Source: an uncultured bacterium (lineage in GTDB: Bacteria; UBP7; UBA6624). Taken from it: DNA of 59,312 nucleotides. The stretch lies in contig CAZDPU010000001.1 in NCBI GenBank assembly GCA_964507645.1, positions 1 through 59,312 on the forward strand, given 5' to 3'. The notes under the pieces are model-generated. The model saw only the letters and a list, made by a program, of their open reading frames with translations, was not told where the DNA came from and did no database searches. Positions within the stretch are counted from its first letter, which is position 1; every line of letters begins with the position of its first letter. Both the position numbers and the translations under genes were made by a program. Shown one piece after another: positions 27,784 through 37,166 of the stretch.

Positions 27784-29318
27784 CTTTCTTCTACGTCCTC
27801 GTTTCGATTTGAATTCCAGTCATTTTGATCTTCTGAATCCTGTTCTACATTTGGGTGGTTTTCCTCATCAGCTAACAATATAGCTCCAGCTAAGATAGAT
27901 TCTTTATCTTCCTGTTCACTCGGTTCAGTTAACCTGCTTCCTTGATGTTCAACAAATCTTGTCCATATTTTTCCATTTCTAAAACTTTTATGAGCCAAAA
28001 GTCTTCTATGAAATGGTGCTGTCGTGGTAAAGCCTCTTACTACCATTTCCCTGAGTGCCCGTTCCATTCTCGTTATTGCTTCTCTCCTTGTTCTTCCATA
28101 AGAGATAACTTTTGCTATAAGAGAGTCATATATTGAAGGAACTGTATACCCTGGACACAAGTGTGTATCTACCCTTATGCCCGGACCTGCAGGAAGTATT
28201 AATTCTTCAACTGTTCCTGGAGTGGGTGCAAATCCAAATCTTGGATCTTCTGCATTTATCCTGCATTCAATAGCATGGCCACTTCTTCTTACCTGCCTTT
28301 GAGAAAAAGGTATTCTCTCTTTTCCAGCTATTCTTATGCCAGCTCTTATTATGTCAATTCCGGTTATTTTTTCAGTTACAGGGTGTTCAACTTGAACACG
28401 TGTATTTACTTCTATAAAGTAAAAGTTTTTACCGTCAACAAGAAACTCAACGGTGCATACTCCATGGTATTTTGCTGCTTTTGTTAAGGCTTTTGAGGAA
28501 TCAATCATTCTCTTTCTCATAAGAGTCGAAACCGTAAGAGAGGGAGCTTCTTCAAGCAATTTTTGATGTCTCCTTTGTATTGAGCATTCTCTTTCGTATA
28601 GATGGATGAATCTTCCATGAGAATCTCTCATCGCCTGTATTTCTATGTGTCTTGGTTTTGACAAATATCTTTCTATAAAGCAGGAACCATCTCCAAAGGC
28701 AAGTTCAGCTTCAGATTGTGCAGATTCAAAAGCATCCTTTAGATCTTTTAAGTTTTCTACAACCCTCATGCCTCTGCCTCCACCACCAGCAGCAGCTTTT
28801 ATAAGTACGGGAAATCCAATTTTCCTAGATACCTTTATGGCTGTTTTCACATCATTAACAACACCTTCTGATCCTGGAATTGTTGGTATTTTTAACTCTT
28901 TAGCTTTCTTTCTACCCCAAACTTTATCACCTAATTTTTCCATTGCTTCAGAGTTTGGACCTATGAAAATGATATCTTCCTCTTCACATCTTTTTGCAAA
29001 TTTAGCATTTTCTGACAAGAATCCGTATCCTGGATGTATGGCTTCAACATTTGATTTTTTGGCAGCATCAATTATTTTTTCAATATCTAGATACGTTTCA
29101 GCTGCTGAGCCAGGGCCAAGATTAAAAACGCTATCTGCAACTCTTGAGGGAAGGGAATCTATATCTATTTCACTTGAGGCAATTACGCATCTTATCCCTA
29201 GCTCCCATCCTGCTCTTATTATGCGAAGTGCAATTTCTCCCCTGTTCGCAATCAACATGCTTTTAATCTTGCTTTTTTTAGCAGTTCTTTTTCTTGGGGT
29301 GATTCTTCTAAAAGCCAT
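27774..29318 (-). CDS. accC: Biotin carboxylase subunit of acetyl/propionyl-CoA carboxylase
   Basis: IANRGEIA, HPGYGFLSEN, KAAAGGGGRGM, ECSIQRRHQK, RINAED; start 29318 or 29327. Confidence 0.93.
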   Translation of the reverse strand: MAFRRITPRKRTAKKSKIKSMLIANRGEIALRIIRAGWELGIRCVIASSEIDIDSLPSRVADSVFNLGPGSAAETYLDIEKIIDAAKKSNVEAIHPGYGFLSENAKFAKRCEEEDIIFIGPNSEAMEKLGDKVWGRKKAKELKIPTIPGSEGVVNDVKTAIKVSRKIGFPVLIKAAAGGGGRGMRVVENLKDLKDAFESAQSEAELAFGDGSCFIERYLSKPRHIEIQAMRDSHGRFIHLYERECSIQRRHQKLLEEAPSLTVSTLMRKRMIDSSKALTKAAKYHGVCTVEFLVDGKNFYFIEVNTRVQVEHPVTEKITGIDIIRAGIRIAGKERIPFSQRQVRRSGHAIECRINAEDPRFGFAPTPGTVEELILPAGPGIRVDTHLCPGYTVPSIYDSLIAKVISYGRTRREAITRMERALREMVVRGFTTTAPFHRRLLAHKSFRNGKIWTRFVEHQGSRLTEPSEQEDKESILAGAILLADEENHPNVEQDSEDQNDWNSNRNEDVEESWN

Positions 29319-29371
29319 TGAAAACATTCTAACTCTAAGAAAATGTTTATAAAGTTATAGAATTTTGAATT

Positions 29372-29758
29372 ATGAAAATTGCCCATTTAGGCATCGTTGT
29401 AAAGAGTCTTGACAAATCCTTGCCTTTGTGGCTAGGAGTTCTCAAAGGGGACCTTTCTTACAGAAAGAAATACAAGAGGGAGAATGTCGAGATAGCTATG
29501 TTGAAAATTGGGAAATTGAATATTGAATTACTTGAACCTGTTGGGGAAGGAACATTAAAAAAGTTTTTACTTAAGAGGGGGGAAGGTTTTCATCATATTG
29601 CTTTTAAAGTTGAAAATTTAGATGAAATGGAAAAAAAATTCAACTCAATAGGAATTGAAACAATAGAATCTTCAAGACAGGATGGTGTTGGCGGAGGAGG
29701 GGCATTATTTTTTAACCCCAAATTCACAATGGGGATATTGATGGAAATAATAAAATGA
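29372..29758 (+). CDS. mce: Methylmalonyl-CoA epimerase (VOC family)
   Basis: HLGIVV, IELLEP, KFL.KRGEG.HHIAF; upstream of the carboxyltransferase. Confidence 0.85.
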   Translation: MKIAHLGIVVKSLDKSLPLWLGVLKGDLSYRKKYKRENVEIAMLKIGKLNIELLEPVGEGTLKKFLLKRGEGFHHIAFKVENLDEMEKKFNSIGIETIESSRQDGVGGGGALFFNPKFTMGILMEIIK

Positions 29759-31299
29759 AAAAAAGAATTGAAAAACTAAGAGGTCTAATTGCAAAAGCGA
29801 AGCTTGGTGGCGGAAAAGAAGCAATTGAAAAACAGCATAAAAAAGGGAAGTTGACCGCCAGAGAAAGGCTTGAGGTTTTGCTTGATGACGGATCTTTTAG
29901 AGAATTGGGAATTTTCATAAAATCTTCTCCTTTACCTATAGGGGAAAAGAAAGAATTCCTAGGGGATGGTTTGGTGGCTGGATTCGGAAAGATAAATGGC
30001 AGGAGGGTTCTTGTCTATAGTCAAGATTTCACAGTCATGGGAGGGTCCTTGGGTGAAAGACATGCTGAAAAGATAGTCAAAATCATTCAAACTGGAAGAA
30101 AAGTTGGCGTTCCTGTTATTGCAATACAGGATTCTGGTGGGGCGAGAATACAGGAAGGGGTTGTCTCCCTGGCTGGTTATGCAAGCATTTTTAGAGAAAA
30201 CACTCTTTCAAGTGGTGTTGTTCCTCAAATTGCTTGCATTTTGGGGCCGTGTGCTGGAGGTGCAGTTTATTCTCCTGGCCTTATGGATTTTGTTTTTATG
30301 ACAAAAGGTACCAGTCATATGTTTTTAACTGGACCAGATGTAATAAAGACTGTTTTGCATGAAGACGTTACTTTTGAGGATCTTGGAGGAGCTTCTGTGC
30401 ATACTCAAAAGAGTGGTGTTTCTCATTTTGTTTCAGAAAATGAAGTTGAATGTTTGAAATCCGTAAGAGATTTATTAGATTACATTCCTGCCAACAATAA
30501 AGTTTCTCAATTGAAAAAAGAGTCAGATTCTCACAATGTTCAAAGAAGAGAAGGGAAGTTAAGAGAGATAATTCCTGACAGTTCAGACAAGCCTTACGAC
30601 ATGAAGGAGATTCTTGATTTGGTTCTGGATGGTGATTCATTTTTTGAAATCCAGTCTTCCTGGGCTAAGAATATAGTTATCGGTTTTGGAAGGCTTGATG
30701 GAAATGTTGTTGGAATAATTGCAAATCAGCCTAATGTTTTAGCGGGATGCCTTGACTCGGATTCTTGCAACAAGGCAGCTAGATTTATTAGATTTTGTGA
30801 TGCTTTTAACATTCCGATTGTTTCCTTTGTCGATGTTCCTGGATTTCTCCCAGGAAAAGACCAGGAGCATAGAGGTATCATTAGGCATGGAGCAAAACTA
30901 CTACATGCTTACTCTGAATCAACCGTACCTCTTTTGACAGTTGTCACAAGGAAAGCCTATGGAGGTGCTTATTGCGTTATGGCACCAAAACAACTAGGTG
31001 CCGATTTGAATCTTGCTTGGCCTTCGGCTGAATTTGCTGTTATGGGTGCTGAGGGTGCGATAAATATCATTTTTAGAAAAGACATAAGCGAAGCAAAGGA
31101 TAAAGGCAAAAAGAGAGAAGATCTGATTTTAAATTACGAGACAAATATAGCAACTCCCTATATTGCTGCTGAAAGAGGGTATGTTGACGAGGTTATTGAT
31201 CCAATAGACACGAGACCTAAGTTAATTGAAGGCTTGAGATTTTATAAATCTAAAAGAGAGAATCTTCCTTCTAGAAAGCATGGGAATATACCACTCTGA
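29755..31299 (+). CDS. pccB: Acyl(propionyl)-CoA carboxylase carboxyltransferase subunit
   Basis: GKLTARER, DSGGARIQEG, GPCAGGAVY, VDVPGFLPG, RKAYGGAY, KHGNIPL. Confidence 0.93.
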   Translation: MKKRIEKLRGLIAKAKLGGGKEAIEKQHKKGKLTARERLEVLLDDGSFRELGIFIKSSPLPIGEKKEFLGDGLVAGFGKINGRRVLVYSQDFTVMGGSLGERHAEKIVKIIQTGRKVGVPVIAIQDSGGARIQEGVVSLAGYASIFRENTLSSGVVPQIACILGPCAGGAVYSPGLMDFVFMTKGTSHMFLTGPDVIKTVLHEDVTFEDLGGASVHTQKSGVSHFVSENEVECLKSVRDLLDYIPANNKVSQLKKESDSHNVQRREGKLREIIPDSSDKPYDMKEILDLVLDGDSFFEIQSSWAKNIVIGFGRLDGNVVGIIANQPNVLAGCLDSDSCNKAARFIRFCDAFNIPIVSFVDVPGFLPGKDQEHRGIIRHGAKLLHAYSESTVPLLTVVTRKAYGGAYCVMAPKQLGADLNLAWPSAEFAVMGAEGAINIIFRKDISEAKDKGKKREDLILNYETNIATPYIAAERGYVDEVIDPIDTRPKLIEGLRFYKSKRENLPSRKHGNIPL

Positions 31300-33251
31300 A
31301 AAATAAATTAACTTTATTAATATTCTTAGTTTCTTTTTCTTTTTTCACTATTTTTTCTCAAGAGGATTTTCAAAATTCTTGGATCGAAAAGAATCTTGTA
31401 AATTTTTCTGAATTAAAACCAGGCAAGAAAAGCATTTTTCCAAATGTTTTACATGACGATCTTTCTTCTTTCTATATCGATCAAATGATCAAGAAAGGAG
31501 AGATAGATGAGGCAAAAAGACATTTTCTTTTGTGGTATGACTCATGCGAATCTTCTTGTTCTGATTTTGCAAACTTTGTTGTTGGTTTTTTAAAACTCGA
31601 TATTTTTAACTTTGAGAAAGCTAAGATTTATCTTGACGACATTTCTTCAGGTTTGAATTATGAAAATAAATCCCAAGTTATGCTTAGGTTTTTTTTAGAA
31701 AAGAAGGCTTCAGGTGAAGATTTTTTAATGAGGGAAATCGAACTTTATTATCAAGGACTAAACTCCATGGCATCTATCGAAGTAAGAAAAGGATGGTCTG
31801 ATTTAATGATATTTTTACTTAGCAAGAATATCGAAAATGAAAGAAGGGATATTGAAAAGGTTTTTAATTTTATTAAATCTTGGAATATTGATTTTGATCA
31901 TGAAAGACTTGGGAACCTTTCTCCTCATTCTGATTTAAAAAAATTCATTTTATCTTGGGGAAATTACAAATCATCAAAACCCAAAGATGCAAAAAGAATT
32001 TTGAAAGAATGGGAGGAAGAAGGCGTGGCCAATTACCACTTTCTTGATTATCACAGTCTTAATTCAAGAGTTTCCTCTTCCCTAGGGCAGATCCAAGAGG
32101 CTCTTGATTCTCTTGAAAAAATGGCTATTAATGGTGGTGGGGAGGATGGAATATATAGAAAGGCCGGTTATCTTTTTTATTTAAACATGTTTGATGATTC
32201 TGAAAGGGAATATAAAAGATATTTGAGAAGATACCCTGAGGGCGGAAGGGCGGATTTATGTAAATATCATTTGTTCAGACTTAATGCTGTCGAAAATCCC
32301 GATATAGCACTTTCTTATATTTCAGATATTAATGATCCTGATCTTGAGCCAAATAAACTTTATTGGCAATATAGGCTTGGGGGACACAGTGAAAAAAGAG
32401 AAATTCTTTTAAAGAAATACCCTTTTTCTTTTTTCAGTTTATATGTTTTTGAAACAGAAGGTTACCCTGATAAAGATTGGTGGAAGTTGATTTTTGATGA
32501 TTCAGGAAATTTTCAATTCAAGGAGGATGCATTGACTTTTTACGAGAATTTAATTCCGGAAACAATTCTGAAGGAAGCCAGATTCAAGTACTTAAATGGA
32601 GAAAAAAACTATAGTAATATTTTGAGAATATCATCTCTTCTCATGAAATTGGAAAGAGGAATTGAATCAAGGCTTTATGCTGGTTTTTTATTGGATGCTA
32701 TAGTGGAAGGAGGATTGTCAGAACAGGCTATCATGAAAATACTTTCAAATTTTTGGCCAACTCCATATGATGAAATATTTAGTGGTTTTAATTCAGGAAC
32801 AAATGAAGATAGGTTGTTGATGTATTCTTTGGCTCATAGAGAAAGTGCCTTTCAGCCAAATGCTGTATCCTCAGCAGGAGCTGTTGGATTGACACAGGTT
32901 ATGCCTTCTACTGCTTCAAGTGTGCTTGATGATTTTCATATGGATGTTCCATATGATGAAATTCATGATCTTTTAAAGAATCCTGAACTCAATTTTTTAG
33001 TTGGTTCGACTTATTTAAATAGAATGCTGGAAAAATATGATGATGATATTGTTGCTGCATTGTTTGCTTATAACGCAGGATCTTCAAGGGTTGATCCATG
33101 GCTTGAGCGCATTCAGGAAAATGATTATGAAAACCTTATGGACCCTTTGAGGATATTAGAGATACCATTATCAGAGTCAAGGATATACGCAAGGTCAATC
33201 TTGACAAATCTATTCATGTATCAAAGATTGGATGATTATGCCTTAGAGTAG
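31296..33251 (+). CDS. Soluble lytic murein transglycosylase (Slt-like, TPR plus SLT domain); probable CTG start
   Basis: RESAF.P.A.S.AGA.GL.Q.MP, AYNAG. Frame is open upstream of ATG 31485 to CTG 31296 (CTGA overlap with the pccB stop), giving signal peptide KNKLTLLIFLVSFSFFTIFSQ. Confidence 0.85.
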   Translation: MKNKLTLLIFLVSFSFFTIFSQEDFQNSWIEKNLVNFSELKPGKKSIFPNVLHDDLSSFYIDQMIKKGEIDEAKRHFLLWYDSCESSCSDFANFVVGFLKLDIFNFEKAKIYLDDISSGLNYENKSQVMLRFFLEKKASGEDFLMREIELYYQGLNSMASIEVRKGWSDLMIFLLSKNIENERRDIEKVFNFIKSWNIDFDHERLGNLSPHSDLKKFILSWGNYKSSKPKDAKRILKEWEEEGVANYHFLDYHSLNSRVSSSLGQIQEALDSLEKMAINGGGEDGIYRKAGYLFYLNMFDDSEREYKRYLRRYPEGGRADLCKYHLFRLNAVENPDIALSYISDINDPDLEPNKLYWQYRLGGHSEKREILLKKYPFSFFSLYVFETEGYPDKDWWKLIFDDSGNFQFKEDALTFYENLIPETILKEARFKYLNGEKNYSNILRISSLLMKLERGIESRLYAGFLLDAIVEGGLSEQAIMKILSNFWPTPYDEIFSGFNSGTNEDRLLMYSLAHRESAFQPNAVSSAGAVGLTQVMPSTASSVLDDFHMDVPYDEIHDLLKNPELNFLVGSTYLNRMLEKYDDDIVAALFAYNAGSSRVDPWLERIQENDYENLMDPLRILEIPLSESRIYARSILTNLFMYQRLDDYALE

Positions 33252-33266
33252 CAGTTTATTAACAAG

Positions 33267-34082
33267 ATGTCAAAAAGAAAAACAGAGAAGTTTATCAAAT
33301 TTTGGAAACAGCCAATTGAGGATGAAATGATGTATCGTGTTGATTCGCTTGATGGTCCTGAAATTTTAAAAAAAGCGGTTTCCTACGCACTTTTCAGTGG
33401 TGGAAAAAGAGTTCGACCTTTGTTTTATTTGGCAGTTCTTCAAAGCATTGAAGGTTCGAATTTGACATGGGACGAAAGATTGAATCATGGGTCTTTACCA
33501 AGAGCATGCTCTTTTGAATTTTTTCATGCTTTTACGCTGGTCCAAGATGATTTGCCATGTATGGATAATGATGCATTGCGAAGGGGAAAGCCGTCACTGT
33601 GGAAGAAATTCGGAGAATCTACTGCTTTGCTCGCAAGTAATGTTTTATTGGGCATGTCTTATGGCTCAGCAACTAAAAATTTTGCTATTACAGAAATGTT
33701 AATGCCAGACAGTATCATTGGAGGTCAGGCATTTGATTTAGGTCTTGAAGAAGGTGTTGTCCAAGAAGAGATTAACTACATGAAAACAGCACATTTTTTT
33801 GAAAAAATAGTACGTACGGCAATATTTGATTTTCAGAATGCAGATTGGAGTGAATCGGAGCTTAAACAGGATCCCAAAGACTTAGTGAAATTTGCTGGAA
33901 GATTTGGTGCTTATTTTCAGCATAGGGATGATTTTTTTGATTCTAAAAACGAGACTAAAAAAAACGAATCGAGAAAAAAGATGAAAGAAGCAATGGAAAA
34001 TCAAGATAGATTGTTGAAAAAGATGGGCTTAGATGGTTCTGTTTTAGGGGGGTTTGCCTCTTGGCTAATAGACAAGGAATAG
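33267..34082 (+). CDS. ispA: Polyprenyl (farnesyl/geranylgeranyl) diphosphate synthase
   Basis: GGKRVRP, DDLPCMDNDALRRGKPS, GGQAFD, FQHRDD. Confidence 0.85.
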   Translation: MSKRKTEKFIKFWKQPIEDEMMYRVDSLDGPEILKKAVSYALFSGGKRVRPLFYLAVLQSIEGSNLTWDERLNHGSLPRACSFEFFHAFTLVQDDLPCMDNDALRRGKPSLWKKFGESTALLASNVLLGMSYGSATKNFAITEMLMPDSIIGGQAFDLGLEEGVVQEEINYMKTAHFFEKIVRTAIFDFQNADWSESELKQDPKDLVKFAGRFGAYFQHRDDFFDSKNETKKNESRKKMKEAMENQDRLLKKMGLDGSVLGGFASWLIDKE

Positions 34083-34906
34083 GTTTTGAAAAATGGATTG
34101 CTGCTGGCAATTCCTTTATTGTTGTTGATGGGGACTCTGTAGGTAGTGATGAGAGATCCAGATTTGCAACAAAAATTACCGATTCAGAAAACTACCTTCG
34201 GGCAGACGGCGTTCTTTTTGTAAGTATCATTGACGATGACTTGGTCAGATGTGATGTTTACAACAGGGATGGAAGTATTGGAGAGGTTTCCTTGAACGGG
34301 TTCAGAATTGCCTCTGCCTACTGTTATGCAAATCGCAAAAGACTTGCGTGGAAATGGACCTCTCTAAGCTTGGATAAATGGATATCGTCACAAGTAAGCG
34401 AGAAGTGGCAAATAGAGAACATTTACTTTGAAGATGGATTATTTTATGCAAGTTTAAAACAAGAAGGTCTTGATGATTTTCATTGTGAAAGAATTAATGT
34501 TGACGGTTTGCAAGGATGGTCTGTTCTTGGTGTTGGTAACCCTCATTTTGTTATCTCCCTGGATCAAGAATATCAATTGGAAGAATCTCATTACAAGGAT
34601 ATTTTCAACAAGGTTTCTTCAGATGAGAATTTTCCATTTGGTGTAAATGTTCATTTTTTAAAGAGGATTAATCAGCTAGGTGATTATTCCATTCAGACAT
34701 ACGAAAGAGGAGTAGGAAGAACTTTATCCTGCGGATCTGGAACTCTAGCATGTTCTATATGCGTGAATAAGGAAATAGACAAAGGTATAGAGCATATAAA
34801 AACAGAATCTAAGGGAGGTCTTCTAGAGATTGCGTTTGGTGAGGATTTTGTTATTTGTAAGGGTCCAGCGAAGAGAACTTTGACTGGTTTTTTTGAAAGC
34901 TCTTAA
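34061..34906 (+). CDS. dapF: Diaminopimelate epimerase (first catalytic Cys replaced by Ser)
   Basis: K...AGNSF, ADGV, NRDGS.GEVSLNG, VGNPHFV, FP.GVNV, YERGVG.TLSCGSG. Confidence 0.85.
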   Translation: MANRQGIGFEKWIAAGNSFIVVDGDSVGSDERSRFATKITDSENYLRADGVLFVSIIDDDLVRCDVYNRDGSIGEVSLNGFRIASAYCYANRKRLAWKWTSLSLDKWISSQVSEKWQIENIYFEDGLFYASLKQEGLDDFHCERINVDGLQGWSVLGVGNPHFVISLDQEYQLEESHYKDIFNKVSSDENFPFGVNVHFLKRINQLGDYSIQTYERGVGRTLSCGSGTLACSICVNKEIDKGIEHIKTESKGGLLEIAFGEDFVICKGPAKRTLTGFFESS

Positions 34907-35517
34907 GCGTAGTACTCCATAATATAACCAAGATTTAGTTCTTCAGTTATTGGAATTTCTGAAAATTCTGGATACCTTTCATATTTTGAAGTCCATTTAT
35001 CTTGATTGACAACAAGCCACCTTGGGGCTCCCCTACCAATGACCTCTGAAACTTTTTCTTTAAAGAAGGTTTTTTTCATTGATCCAGGTTTTAAAGACAG
35101 AACATCTCCAGGTTTACATGCATAGGAAGGCTTGTCCGCCTTTCTTCCATTGACATAGAAATGACCATGGACTACAAGTTGCCTTGCCTCTCTTTGGGTT
35201 CTTGCAAAACCACTTTTTAATGCAATAGTATCAAGCCTTGATTCAAGTAGCTTCATGAGCATTTCTTCAGAAGATCCTTTTTTGTTTTTTGATTCCCTGA
35301 CATAACTAGCAAACTTTCTTTCTTTGAGGTTGTAGATAGCTCTGAGTCTTTGTTTTTCAAGAAGCCTTATTTTGTAGTCACTAGATTTTCTTCTCCTCAT
35401 GTTTGTTCCATGCTGTCCGGGAGGATGTTTTCTTCTAGCAAGTGGGTCACGATGTGTCCCAACAACATTCATTCCTAGTTTCCTAGAAAGAGCAACCTTT
35501 TTCTGTTTAATTGACAT
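34903..35517 (-). CDS. rpsD: 30S ribosomal protein S4
   Basis: PPGQHG, Y..RL.EKQ, LESRLD, ARQLV.HGH..VNG...KPSY. Confidence 0.97.
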   Translation of the reverse strand: MSIKQKKVALSRKLGMNVVGTHRDPLARRKHPPGQHGTNMRRRKSSDYKIRLLEKQRLRAIYNLKERKFASYVRESKNKKGSSEEMLMKLLESRLDTIALKSGFARTQREARQLVVHGHFYVNGRKADKPSYACKPGDVLSLKPGSMKKTFFKEKVSEVIGRGAPRWLVVNQDKWTSKYERYPEFSEIPITEELNLGYIMEYYA

Positions 35518-35541
35518 ATTACAAGCGTCTATTATAGCTTA

Positions 35542-35658
35542 TTAGCTTTTAAAAATCGAAGAGAGCCTGATGATTCCCCAGATTACTAGAGAAAAACATA
35601 ATCCTGAAACTAGGCCAACTAAAGCAGCATGAACCCAATTTTTATCAATTTTTTTCAT
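35542..35658 (-). CDS. Putative 38-aa single-TM small protein
   Basis: Not in track; MKKIDKNWVHAALVGLVSGLCFSLVIWGIIRLSSIFKS*, fills the gap co-directionally. Confidence 0.55.
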   Translation of the reverse strand: MKKIDKNWVHAALVGLVSGLCFSLVIWGIIRLSSIFKS

Positions 35659-35667
35659 ATTTTATTT

Positions 35668-35967
35668 TTAAAATTTTATGTATATGAAGGGTTTTCCTTT
35701 TATTGAAAATCTTTGCAAACACCCGTCTCTTGAAAGTATTTCTATAATTTCTTTGCTTTTTGCAAGATTTGTATTTTTTTGTATCTTTTTTTGTATTAGT
35801 GTGATTATTTGCTGTTCAGCACACACTATATTTCCTGAATTTCTAAAATCAAGAAGCACGTTTTTATATTCATTTTTTTTCTTTTTTGATATAACGGAAA
35901 CTTTTGTTTGAGACTGTTTCTCAGGCCCCTTGATAATGTTTAAAAAATTTTCAAATAAATTTTTCAT
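35668..35967 (-). CDS. Hypothetical basic protein
   Basis: 99-aa ORF 5 nt after rpiB; no motif recognised. Confidence 0.6.
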   Translation of the reverse strand: MKNLFENFLNIIKGPEKQSQTKVSVISKKKKNEYKNVLLDFRNSGNIVCAEQQIITLIQKKIQKNTNLAKSKEIIEILSRDGCLQRFSIKGKPFIYIKF

Positions 35968-35972
35968 GACCT

Positions 35973-36413
35973 TTAGTCTATTTCAATTTTGTTAATTCTT
36001 TTTTGATGTCTCTCTCCTTCAAATTCAGTTGAAAGAAATAATTTAACTAAATTTAGTGCATCATCCCTATTTATCATTCTTTCTCCCAAGCATAAAACAT
36101 TTGCGTCATTGTGCTTTCTTGTCATTATTACAGATTCTTTGTCGTGAACTCGTGCGGCTCTTATTTTTTGATGCCTATTTGCAGCCATTGACATTCCTAT
36201 TCCGCTTCCACAGACCAGTATTCCATACTTTGCTTTTCCTTCCCTGATGTTTTCGCAAAGCTTATGTGCAAAATCTGGATAATCAACAGATCCTTCGTCC
36301 GTTGGAGTTAGGTCTAGAAATGAAAAAGATTCATTTAGTTTTTCAATAATATATAAAGAAAGTTTTTTCCCAGCATGGTCACATGAGATAGCTATTTTTA
36401 AGTTCTCATCCAT
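35973..36413 (-). CDS. rpiB: Ribose-5-phosphate isomerase B
   Basis: DHAG, VDYPD, CGSGIGMS..AN, HNDANVL, FEG.RH..R. Confidence 0.96.
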   Translation of the reverse strand: MDENLKIAISCDHAGKKLSLYIIEKLNESFSFLDLTPTDEGSVDYPDFAHKLCENIREGKAKYGILVCGSGIGMSMAANRHQKIRAARVHDKESVIMTRKHNDANVLCLGERMINRDDALNLVKLFLSTEFEGERHQKRINKIEID

Positions 36414-37165
36414 AATATTTCTTCTCCCTCAAACACAATATTTTCTTTTCTCAACCCTGAGGCCGATTTAAAGTTTTTTTCTATAATCATTTCTTTATCT
36501 TTGGAACAAAGAATATAAAGATTTGGCAATATGGATCCTTCGTTTTCCCAGAATCTTGACATTTCAGACAAAAATTCTTCATCATGGTTGTTCCTTTTGT
36601 AACCAAGTTTTTTTGCCACTAAAGATAATTTTGTTTCTTTTGGGGTTTTGTATAGGTTTATGAAAATACCATCAAAAGTAAACGATTCGGCTATTTTTGA
36701 AATATTTTCATTCAGGATAAAGCTTTTGTAATCTTCTGAAAACATTTGGTACCTTTGTAGGTTCCAATTTCCAATTTTTTCATAAATGTCTTTCCAGTCT
36801 TCATCAGTCCTTTCCCAATGGCTTATAGCAAGGAGTAGGGAATTTAGCAATAGTCCTTTTGAGATGCTCCCATCTTTGAACTTTGCTAAGATTTTTTCAA
36901 TGTTTTTGTAGCTCCCATCTTCTAGAACTGGTTTGTTTAGAGATATTTCAGAAATTGTTTTTCCATTAAAATTTATTGGTTTTTTAGCTGTTAGAAAGAA
37001 GGTATGAAGGTTGTAGGTCATATTGTCTTTATTGGCAGAAAAAAGATTGATATTTGATTCTCTAAATTCAGAAAAAATTCTACAGAAAGGATCTCCGCAT
37101 ACTGCAAGCCTTTTTATTCTTTTCCTATGAAAGGTATCGATTATGTCAGATCCAAAAAGATTCAT
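36398..37165 (-). CDS. Hypothetical protein, possibly a degenerate adenine DNA methyltransferase fold
   Basis: Intact 255-aa ORF; weak by-eye resemblance only (see findings). Confidence 0.6.
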   Translation of the reverse strand: MNLFGSDIIDTFHRKRIKRLAVCGDPFCRIFSEFRESNINLFSANKDNMTYNLHTFFLTAKKPINFNGKTISEISLNKPVLEDGSYKNIEKILAKFKDGSISKGLLLNSLLLAISHWERTDEDWKDIYEKIGNWNLQRYQMFSEDYKSFILNENISKIAESFTFDGIFINLYKTPKETKLSLVAKKLGYKRNNHDEEFLSEMSRFWENEGSILPNLYILCSKDKEMIIEKNFKSASGLRKENIVFEGEEILWMRT

Positions 37166-37166
37166 T

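Noticed and set aside
28645-29352. 235-aa ORF antisense to accC, and the many other short antisense or nested ORFs in the track
   Set aside because: Shadow frames of well-supported genes with no motifs of their own
27286-31299. Autotrophic 3-hydroxypropionate-type carbon fixation
   Set aside because: Carboxylase plus epimerase is the ordinary propionyl-CoA assimilation set; no diagnostic reductases or synthases in the window
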